A DNA stretch of 10,055 nt from Thermoplasmatota archaeon (GCA_965234725.1 CBDDUX010000098.1:1-10055); one strand, 5' to 3'; shown: positions 1 to 6,758, counted from the first letter of the stretch. A program made the numbers and translations. The notes: generated from the sequence alone by a model not told the origin.

Positions 1-2
1 CG

Positions 3-1241
3 ATCACCCTTGTAGTGAAGGACCGTATGGACAACGAGGTTCAGAAGAACTTCGTGATCACTGTTGAGCATAGGATGAGCGTGGGAGACGACGAGATCAT
101 CAACCCAACCATCGATACCGATCTTGACGGCATGAAGGACTGGTTCGAGATCAAGTATAAGCTTGATCCTCTTGTGAAGGATGCCGGTGAAGATCCCGAT
201 GGTGATGGTTACACGAATTACGAGGAGTTCGGCAATGGTAAGTGGTATGCTCAGAACCTTACCAATCCGAAGGATCCCCGCAGCCATCCCACCCAGATCT
301 ATAAAGAGGAAAAGGCTGAGGACAAGGGTCCTTTCTCGGATTCCATGCTACCTCTTTGGGGCATACTTGTTCTTTTGATCCTTGTCGTGGTCGTAACGAT
401 GGCCGTGATGAAGAACAAGAAGGACAAGCAGGTGAAGAGGATTAGAAGTGTCCGCAATATGCGGAAGATCATGCCATCTGTGTCCTGGGATCAGATCACC
501 ACCACTGCATACATGGCACCATATCTTCAGGGAGAGAGGGTCTCTCCCGCTCTACCAACTGCAGCTCCTCTGACAAGAGCCCTTCCTCCAGCAGCAAATG
601 GTCCGGATGAAGACGAAAAGAAGGAAAGTAGTCCGAGCACCACGACCATAGCATCATCACTTTTTCTCGTGTTCTGTTTTCTTGCAATGAACCTGCTGAT
701 GATTCCAGGAGGGTCCCTTTCAGGTGACGGATCCCATTCTGAACCTCCCGGGGGAACCTCCAGGGAGGGAAACTCGGATATCCGGTTCCAACTGGAGGAG
801 ATCATTCCAGAACATGAAGGATGGACATCAGAACGTATTATTATGGATCCCAACGGTTATTCGTTGTTTCATTCTGAGAATGGGCTAGTTAGAGATGGAG
901 ACCTGGGGAATCAGATCGCATCGATAGCATTCATAACCACTCTGGGTTCCTTTGCTGCCGGAGGTATCGTGACCTTGTATCTCCTGGGAAAGAGGAAGGG
1001 AGGTTCGATCCCTTTTCCGGTAAAGGGAGATGATGGATCCGAAAAAGGAGAAGAAGATCTATCCAGTGAGTATCTCAGAATGAGGATGCTAAACGAAGCT
1101 GAGGAAACCGCAGTCAAGGAGGTTTCCGGAAGCAGGATGGATACCGCATACATGAGATTGAAGGAGAGTCTGGATAGAGGTAATCTGGAAGAAAATGAAT
1201 ATTCCGAGCTGAAAAGAGCCCTTGATCTCTATAATAATTGA
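3..1241 (+). CDS. 5'-truncated membrane-anchored surface protein: end of an Ig/PKD-like strand, DxDxDG Ca-binding repeats, three hydrophobic segments and a SHOCT-like C-terminus; possibly a fusion of two genes
   Basis: The frame is open from base 3 (ITLVVKDRMDNEVQKNFVITVE), so the GTG at 15 is probably not the true start. DTDLDGMKDWFE and DPDGDGYTNYEE repeats lie at ~114-230. Hydrophobic segments occur at ~348-410 (followed by basic KNKKDK), ~648-704 and ~915-986 (followed by KRK). The C-terminus is LKESLDRGNLEENEYSELKRALDL, stop TGA 1239-1241. Confidence 0.8.
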   Translation: MTLVVKDRMDNEVQKNFVITVEHRMSVGDDEIINPTIDTDLDGMKDWFEIKYKLDPLVKDAGEDPDGDGYTNYEEFGNGKWYAQNLTNPKDPRSHPTQIYKEEKAEDKGPFSDSMLPLWGILVLLILVVVVTMAVMKNKKDKQVKRIRSVRNMRKIMPSVSWDQITTTAYMAPYLQGERVSPALPTAAPLTRALPPAANGPDEDEKKESSPSTTTIASSLFLVFCFLAMNLLMIPGGSLSGDGSHSEPPGGTSREGNSDIRFQLEEIIPEHEGWTSERIIMDPNGYSLFHSENGLVRDGDLGNQIASIAFITTLGSFAAGGIVTLYLLGKRKGGSIPFPVKGDDGSEKGEEDLSSEYLRMRMLNEAEETAVKEVSGSRMDTAYMRLKESLDRGNLEENEYSELKRALDLYNN

Positions 1242-1265
1242 AAATCGAGGTGAAGGAGTGTTTCA

Positions 1266-1835
1266 ATGAAGGGTAGAAGGGGAGAGTCTAATCCCACCCG
1301 AGAGGAGTTGGACAGGTATATCTGTCAGAATCCTGGAGTATCCTTCAAATTGATACAAGTTGCATTCAGGATCAATCATGGGACGCTCAGATACCATCTG
1401 GATCATCTCGAAAAGGAGAATAAGATAAGATCGGTCTTAGAGAAGGGTAGGAAACGCTATTTCCCTGATTACCTGGCAAGCTTCAGTAAGAATGGGCTGG
1501 GTGGCAAGGAACTCTCAAGTACCCAGAAAAGGGTCAGAACCCTGATCGGAGAGCATCCGGGGATCACAAGAAAGGAGCTGTTATCCTCTCTGGATATTGG
1601 AAGGGAGGACCTGACAGATGTGATATCCGCACTAAAGGAGAGACGTTTGATCCGGGAAGTGGAAAGGGACGGAGTGATCGGTTACCAGATGATGACCAGA
1701 AGGAAGCTTGCAGGGGAAGTGATCGCCATTCTAGTTGAGAAGGTGATCGACAGGGAGATGGACATGGACACTTTCAGGATGATCAAGGAGAGAGTTGACC
1801 TCCAGCTTGTTGAGATCGAAGAAGATGTTAAGTAA
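1266..1835 (+). CDS. Tandem winged helix-turn-helix transcriptional regulator (COG3398-like architecture) with a C-terminal helical SHOCT-like tail
   Basis: Two similar wHTH units: YICQNPGVSFKLIQ...GTLRYHLDHLEKENKI and LIGEHPGITRKELL...VISALKERRLI. Strong SD-like GAGGTGAAGGAG at 1247-1258 before the ATG. Confidence 0.85.
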   Translation: MKGRRGESNPTREELDRYICQNPGVSFKLIQVAFRINHGTLRYHLDHLEKENKIRSVLEKGRKRYFPDYLASFSKNGLGGKELSSTQKRVRTLIGEHPGITRKELLSSLDIGREDLTDVISALKERRLIREVERDGVIGYQMMTRRKLAGEVIAILVEKVIDREMDMDTFRMIKERVDLQLVEIEEDVK

Positions 1836-1892
1836 GTTTGATATCCCGAACCAATGTAATCTTGAAATATTCAGTCCCCGGTATGGAAGTGA

Positions 1893-2642
1893 ATGCTTAC
1901 CTCTGTCATCGACCTGATCTTCTGGTTCGCTGCTCTAATTATTATCTCATTCTTCTTGGACAGGATGTGGTCAATGTCCCTGGGGAGGATCATTTATGTC
2001 ATCTTCGCCTCACCTGGAATAATCATACATGAGCTGAGCCATTATGCCGCTTGTAAGATGACTGGGGCCCATGTTGCAAGGGTCAAGCTCATATCCATGG
2101 AAGGCGGCTCTGTTACCCATGGTCCGCCTGAAAGGGGAGGTCTCATTGGCCAGGCATTCATTTCAATGGCACCCTTCTTCGGAATTCCATTGTTTCTCAT
2201 CCTGCTTGCGATCCTTTTTGACAAGATCGCATTCTTTAACTGCGACCTGACCTGGAGTAGGGATTTCAACTGGGAAGTGGGATCGATAGTAATTGGCACC
2301 TTCAGATCATCATTCAATCTTATCAGGGTAAACCTGTTCGAGAATCGGTCCCTTTGGTTTCTTATTTATTTATATCTTGCAGCATCACTGACCACTGCTC
2401 TTGCACCATCAAAACAGGATTTCAAGAATGCATGGGTTGGTCTGATCATAGGTTTCCTGGTAATCATCGTTTGGGCAGTGCTCAATGATCAGGTTCTGAG
2501 AGGTCTGGGATGGAATGCACCTGCAACCTATTTCGTCCTTGACCTTATGGGTTGGGTGGTTGCGATCGGATTGGTGCTTAGTTTCTTCGGACTATTACTA
2601 TCCCTTCCATTCTTCATTGCAAAGAGACTAATCAATAGATGA
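1893..2642 (+). CDS. Integral membrane zinc metallopeptidase-like protein (M50/M50B-like)
   Basis: HELSH (HExxH) at the end of a hydrophobic helix (PGIIIHELSHYAAC), followed by GGSVTH, AFISMAPFFG and a late APSKQD motif giving a candidate third Asp ligand. About 5-6 transmembrane segments. SD-like GGAAGTGA just upstream. Confidence 0.75.
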   Translation: MLTSVIDLIFWFAALIIISFFLDRMWSMSLGRIIYVIFASPGIIIHELSHYAACKMTGAHVARVKLISMEGGSVTHGPPERGGLIGQAFISMAPFFGIPLFLILLAILFDKIAFFNCDLTWSRDFNWEVGSIVIGTFRSSFNLIRVNLFENRSLWFLIYLYLAASLTTALAPSKQDFKNAWVGLIIGFLVIIVWAVLNDQVLRGLGWNAPATYFVLDLMGWVVAIGLVLSFFGLLLSLPFFIAKRLINR

Positions 2643-2647
2643 CCTGA

Positions 2648-4441
2648 TCAGGTAACTATTGGGTAATCCAGATCATTGAATTGCAACCTTCCGGTTATCA
2701 AGTCCTCAATGATCTCCACGATCCCACCAATAGGTAATCTTTTCTGTACCCCTGTGTCCCTCTCTCTCAAGGTGACCGACCGATCATCTTTTGATGTGTA
2801 GTCCACGGTAATATTGAAGGGAGTCCCGATCTCGTCCATTCGTGCATACCTACGTCCTATCGAACCGGAATGATCGTAATAGGTGATCAATCCCCTTCTT
2901 CTAAGTTTGGATTCAATGGGTAAGGCAAGCTCAGGGAGGCCATCCTTGTTCATCAATGGGAAAATTCCACATTTGACAGGTGAGATCGTGGGTCTCAACC
3001 TCATCACTCTGTAAGGTCCTTCGTCTTCATCAGCTTCCTTCTTCAATGGGCTTTTCTCCGCCTCGAAATAAGCATGTTCGATAACCGCAACCATCAAACG
3101 GTCGATACCGAAGGATGGCTCGACCACATGGGGGATGTATCTTTCTCCGGTTACCTTCTCTTCGCTTTCTCTGTATGTGAGAGCACTGGATGGAACCTCT
3201 ACCGTTCCGGTCGATATCCTTACATTTATCTGTTCATCGGAATTCAAGGCTTTTTTTATTTTTAGCGGGTCTTCGGACTCTATTGCTTCCTTGACCTCTT
3301 TGGCCTTCCCTCTAAAGATGGGTCCCAACTTCTTCATATCGACCTCTATCAATGATGCCTTCTTGAGTACTGGTTCTGGGTATTTTCTGATCACACTCTG
3401 GTCCTGTCCGGATCCGTTACTGTGCTGGGTCAGGTCATATGCTGACCTGTCGGCTATACCAACCATCTCTATCCATCCGAAGGAGGTCAAGACCTCAAGG
3501 TCCCAGCAGTCCGAGGCGTAGTGGGCCATCTCAGTTCCCAAGTGCTCTCTGAACCTCATGGCTTCAGGGGGTATACCGATCCCTTCCGAGAAGGAGAAGG
3601 TCACTCCCATGAAATGTGCAAGTACCTCTGATCGGATCACACCATTTGAAATGGCCTCCCCCAATGTCATACTTATTGTATTGGTCGGGTCAGTGTTTGG
3701 GACCAGATTGACCTCTTGGTCCCTGTATTCAGAAAAGGGGGCGAATACATCAGTTTCCGGGTCGTAGAAATATTCCCCCTCCGCCATGTTGAATTCCCTT
3801 TGTCTGAGGAGACCCTGACGGGGAGAGATCTCGTTCCTGAATCCCTTTCCGATCTGAGCTACTCCGAATGGTATCCTTTCCCTGTTCATTCTATACAGTA
3901 ATGAAAAGTCAAGGAAGATGGACTGTGCGGTTTCGGGGCGAAGATATGCAGGTCTTTCTGTTCCAGGTCCGATAAATGTCTTGAACATCAGATTGAACTC
4001 TTCAAGAGGGCCCATCGAACCACCGCAGTTAGGACATTTTACACCATGCTCCTTCAAAGCATGGACAAGTTCATCCTTTGTCAGGGAATCAGGGTTTTCA
4101 ATTTTACTCTGAAGGAGATGATCAGCTCTGAAAGGTTCATCACACTTAGAACATCTTGTAAGAATATCCGAGAACTTCTCCAGGTGGCCAGAATGCTTGA
4201 AAACGATCTCTGGAGTAATTGAGGGGCAATCTACAAGGAGGAAACCCTCTCTAACAACGAATCTATCCTTCCAGGCTCTTAGGATGTTATCCTTTAATAC
4301 AGCCCCCATGGGTCCAAGGTCAAAGAATCCGGCACTACCTCCGTATATCTCGTAAGAAGGGAAGAAGAACCCTCTTCTTTTGAGCAATGCGGATAGTTCA
4401 GAGGCCCTCCTCTGGTCTCCAATGAGCTGGAATTCGGTCAT
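2648..4441 (-). CDS. glyS: Glycine--tRNA ligase (archaeal/eukaryotic alpha2 type)
   Basis: LKRRGFFFPSYEIYGG N-terminus, LRPETAQ, class II motif 2 GKGFRNEISPRQGLLRQREF, motif 3 EPSFGIDR, anticodon domain SGSIGRRYARMDEIGTPF and a CSKC...CPNC zinc insertion. GGTGA SD 7 nt upstream of the ATG. Confidence 0.97.
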   Translation of the reverse strand: MTEFQLIGDQRRASELSALLKRRGFFFPSYEIYGGSAGFFDLGPMGAVLKDNILRAWKDRFVVREGFLLVDCPSITPEIVFKHSGHLEKFSDILTRCSKCDEPFRADHLLQSKIENPDSLTKDELVHALKEHGVKCPNCGGSMGPLEEFNLMFKTFIGPGTERPAYLRPETAQSIFLDFSLLYRMNRERIPFGVAQIGKGFRNEISPRQGLLRQREFNMAEGEYFYDPETDVFAPFSEYRDQEVNLVPNTDPTNTISMTLGEAISNGVIRSEVLAHFMGVTFSFSEGIGIPPEAMRFREHLGTEMAHYASDCWDLEVLTSFGWIEMVGIADRSAYDLTQHSNGSGQDQSVIRKYPEPVLKKASLIEVDMKKLGPIFRGKAKEVKEAIESEDPLKIKKALNSDEQINVRISTGTVEVPSSALTYRESEEKVTGERYIPHVVEPSFGIDRLMVAVIEHAYFEAEKSPLKKEADEDEGPYRVMRLRPTISPVKCGIFPLMNKDGLPELALPIESKLRRRGLITYYDHSGSIGRRYARMDEIGTPFNITVDYTSKDDRSVTLRERDTGVQKRLPIGGIVEIIEDLITGRLQFNDLDYPIVT

Positions 4442-4464
4442 TCGGCCATCACCCGGCCCCTGAA

Positions 4465-4659
4465 TTACTGTGATGCCAGTGCAGCTGCGATCTCTTCCTT
4501 CTTCTTCTGAAGGGCATGTTTCCTCTTATCGTGGAAGCATCCCTCGCAACCAGCCTCTTTTTTGTCCTTGCACTTCGCACAGTTCCGGTTTTCCTCGTCA
4601 ATAAGTTGGTTCACCCGGGTCTTTTCCTGTTTGAGGCTTTCCTTGTTATACTTCTGCAT
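4465..4659 (-). CDS. Small (64 aa) Cys-rich helical protein with CxxC-x7-CxxC, putative metal binding; function unknown
   Basis: MQKYNKESLK...CAKCKDKKEAGCEGCFH...LASQ. The ATG at 4659 is preceded by GGAGGGGTCGGTG (SD-like). The longer 4758 start in the ORF track overlaps trm56 and runs through an AT-rich promoter-like stretch. The ORF fills the gap between trm56 and glyS on the same strand. Confidence 0.75.
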   Translation of the reverse strand: MQKYNKESLKQEKTRVNQLIDEENRNCAKCKDKKEAGCEGCFHDKRKHALQKKKEEIAAALASQ

Positions 4660-4693
4660 CAGGCACACCGACCCCTCCAATGTGGAGATATGA

Positions 4694-4705
4694 TAATAAT
4701 ATTTA
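4694..4705 (-). promoter_or_regulatory. Candidate TATA box for the small Cys-rich gene and glyS
   Basis: The minus strand reads TAAATATTATTA about 35-45 nt upstream of ATG 4659, in an otherwise mixed-composition spacer. Confidence 0.4.
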
Positions 4706-4726
4706 GGTAGTAGATGGTCTGGAACA

Positions 4727-5866
4727 CTATTCTTCCGGAAGTAGTTCATCGATATCAATGCCTAGGATATCCTCCAGTTCCGTATGGAGGTCTTCCATCC
4801 TTACAGATGCAAGTTCAGCACCTTTTTCTTTCAACTTGTTGATCGGGACCGAAAGAGGTCTTCTCCTGCTCGAACCAACAAGATTGTCAGAATGGCAGAT
4901 GATCTTCTCTTCAAGTGTAATGGGTATATGGTCCTCATCAGGAAGGCCAAGGTCAACGGTTTCTCCTCGGGGTATACCAGCTCCAGGATGGTTGTGGATA
5001 ATGCTTTGGATCCTTTCGTCCAATCCAAGTCTCTTTGCAAGCTCCACACCCTTTGTTACATGTCGGATCGAATGTGTCCGGGTCCTACCAAGGTCATGAA
5101 GGATCAGACCTGCTCTGAGGAGTGGTAGATCGATCACCAGTTCCTTCCCGTTTCCGATCTCCATGGACCTGTTCACCATGTCCATTCCTAATCGGTATAC
5201 TTCCTTTACATGAACAATGACACTTCTGGAGGCTCCAAGCATGGATAGTATTTCGATGGAACCTTCCTCATCGGGTATCTTTGGCCAACTTTTCTTGAAT
5301 GGGTCTCCGCTTACACTTGAATCATTAGTGGACCCTGATCCTACGACCACCTTACCCACATTGGAGGGTACGATGCTGACCTGGCCACCCTTCATTTCTA
5401 CTTTTAGCTCTTGACCCTTGAAATATCTGTCAAGAAAGAGTGCCAATGCGGATACTTCGGAATGAGGTTGGTTTCCAACAGCTATATTGAAATGTGCAAG
5501 GTCATATACATCCCTTGGTACCTTCTCGGCACCAACCACAACCAGAATATCCTCGTCAAGCGGGACCTCGTCAATGATATCATCGAGATTGCTTCCATAC
5601 ATCGTAAGATGGATCACTGTCCCCTTCCACTTTCCCAGAACGGATTTTCGGGTCATACCTGTCCGTATTGTGAAATCACCACCGAACCGATCCTTAAGTG
5701 CGTTGACCGTTTTCTCCAGGTAGGGGTCACTGGTGTCTACATGTATCGAGGACGCTCCAAAAGCTCTTGCAACAAGCGCAACATGAGTGGTGATCCTTTT
5801 ATCTCTCTCCGGTCTATGACCGAGTCTCAGGACCTCTACTCTGGTCCGTGGATCCTCATAATCCAT
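4727..5866 (-). CDS. trm56: tRNA (cytidine(56)-2'-O)-methyltransferase aTrm56 (SPOUT) fused to a C-terminal HD-domain phosphohydrolase
   Basis: Trm56 signatures VLRLGHRPERDKRITTHVALVARAFGA, HLTMYG, VVVGAEKVP and NIAVGNQPHSEVSALALFLDR. After a Ser/Gly linker comes an HD domain with H...HDLGR...H...HNHPGAG...TLEEKIICHSDN. SD-like GAGTGAG upstream. Confidence 0.93.
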   Translation of the reverse strand: MDYEDPRTRVEVLRLGHRPERDKRITTHVALVARAFGASSIHVDTSDPYLEKTVNALKDRFGGDFTIRTGMTRKSVLGKWKGTVIHLTMYGSNLDDIIDEVPLDEDILVVVGAEKVPRDVYDLAHFNIAVGNQPHSEVSALALFLDRYFKGQELKVEMKGGQVSIVPSNVGKVVVGSGSTNDSSVSGDPFKKSWPKIPDEEGSIEILSMLGASRSVIVHVKEVYRLGMDMVNRSMEIGNGKELVIDLPLLRAGLILHDLGRTRTHSIRHVTKGVELAKRLGLDERIQSIIHNHPGAGIPRGETVDLGLPDEDHIPITLEEKIICHSDNLVGSSRRRPLSVPINKLKEKGAELASVRMEDLHTELEDILGIDIDELLPEE

Positions 5867-5878
5867 TTGATCTCACTC

Positions 5879-6376
5879 TTACTGTTGGATCTTTTCTATC
5901 CGGTGACCCTTAATTGCTAGCCTGCCTGACCTCTTGACCAGGGATTTTAGCATGGTAGGTGTCAGTTCAAGATCTTTTATGAACGAGCCTGAGAATGTTC
6001 CTTCCTCAGAGACCTTCTGATATACCTTCTCCTCAAGTTCATTGTAGGTCTTATCGTCCATTTGGGTAATATAGAGGATATCAGAGATCTCGGTAATGGA
6101 GGCCGAAGTGTTAATGTGAACGGAAACATAGTAGGTGTGGTAGATCTTTTCCTTGTTGAACTGGGAGTCAATCTGCCAAGAAGTTTCAACGAGGTGCATC
6201 TTCTCGAAGAAGTCTAGGGCCTCCATCCCTTCGGTCCCGTACTTATCTTCGGTGGCCTTCTTTGTGATCCACCCTATCGATGCCTCCTGAAAGACATCTT
6301 TCTTTACAGGAGTGTCCATGGCCCTGAGCAAAGCAACAAGGTCTGTTGGCTCATTTATGACCTTTATTCGTTTCAT
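5879..6376 (-). CDS. Conserved archaeal ArsR-like winged-helix protein (resembles Pfam PF09824 / COG4860)
   Basis: MKRIKVINEPTDLVALLRAMDT...LVETSWQ...EKIYHTYY...LKSLVKRS matches my recollection of this euryarchaeal family. The start is moved from 6403 to ATG 6376 because a TATA box sits at 6406-6413, too close to 6403. The stop is 12 nt from the trm56 start, suggesting an operon. Confidence 0.8.
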   Translation of the reverse strand: MKRIKVINEPTDLVALLRAMDTPVKKDVFQEASIGWITKKATEDKYGTEGMEALDFFEKMHLVETSWQIDSQFNKEKIYHTYYVSVHINTSASITEISDILYITQMDDKTYNELEEKVYQKVSEEGTFSGSFIKDLELTPTMLKSLVKRSGRLAIKGHRIEKIQQ

Positions 6377-6403
6377 GTGGAACCTGAGCGGTATTAAAGC
6401 CAT

Positions 6404-6420
6404 GGTTATATAACCTTTTC
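6404..6420 (-). promoter_or_regulatory. BRE-TATA promoter of the ArsR-like/trm56 unit
   Basis: The minus strand reads GAAAAGG TTATATAA CC: a purine-rich BRE followed by a TATA box about 30 nt upstream of ATG 6376, implying a short-leader or leaderless mRNA. Confidence 0.75.
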
Positions 6421-6474
6421 ACAGACCAAATGCCTCCAGATGGTAAGACGAAATAAAATCTGGTCCAGGATCAG

Positions 6475-6518
6475 GTGGGAACATTATCGTATTCCAGTGT
6501 GAACATTGTATGATTCCA
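6475..6518. repeat. Imperfect 22-bp tandem direct repeat (2 copies)
   Basis: GTGGGAACATTATCGTATTCCA (6475-6496) and GTGTGAACATTGTATGATTCCA (6497-6518) are 17/22 identical and directly adjacent. Confidence 0.6.
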
Positions 6519-6540
6519 AGAAAACAAATATATATATATT
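6518..6540 (+). promoter_or_regulatory. Candidate BRE-TATA promoter for dnaG
   Basis: A-rich AAGAAAAC followed by AATATATATATATT (6527-6540). It is the strongest TATA-like element upstream of dnaG and implies a leader of about 200 nt. Confidence 0.6.
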
Positions 6541-6758
6541 CGATCATGCGGAAGGGAAAAGGGTCCGGAGCCTGGACGTTTCCGTGAGCCCATCAATATC
6601 ATGATCACCTATTGACCCGAGTATTGATGAACTTTAAGGTCGTTATTTCGACCCGCGGTGGAGATGGATAGATATAAGATATCAGGTTGGCGAAATCCTT
6701 TTCATGTCACGGTGAACGTTGAAGTATCGAAAGGTAAGGAAAATGAAGGTGAAAATAA

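Noticed and set aside
1838..2032. 64-aa TTG-start ORF overlapping the peptidase gene
   Set aside because: It is an out-of-frame overlap with a better-supported CDS and has no motif or clear SD.
4660..4758. N-terminal 33 codons of the 97-aa ORF 4465..4758
   Set aside because: They overlap the trm56 3' end and cross a TATA-like tract. A good SD precedes ATG 4659 instead.
3074..5920. Multiple + strand ORFs (e.g. 3135..3521, 4758..5099, 4784..5128, 5411..5920) antisense to glyS and trm56
   Set aside because: They are shadow frames of well-supported genes with no recognisable motifs.
6377..6403. ORF-track start at 6403 for the ArsR-like gene
   Set aside because: The ATG lies 2 nt from the TATA box and would be upstream of the expected transcription start.
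6527..6540. (TA)n run as a phase-variable microsatellite
   Set aside because: It is short and better explained as a TATA element. One sequence gives no evidence of length variation.
6546..6587. 13-codon uORF MRKGKGSGAWTFP in the dnaG upstream region
   Set aside because: Its ATG is only 5 nt from the TATA tract, probably upstream of the TSS, and it has no SD.
6421..6758. tRNA, SRP RNA, RNase P RNA, canonical C/D guide RNA or CRISPR array in the intergenic region
   Set aside because: There is no cloverleaf or TTCGA T-loop in context, no recognisable SRP or RNase P conserved motifs, and no CTGA D box to pair with the C-like box. The 22-bp repeat has two adjacent copies with no spacer.
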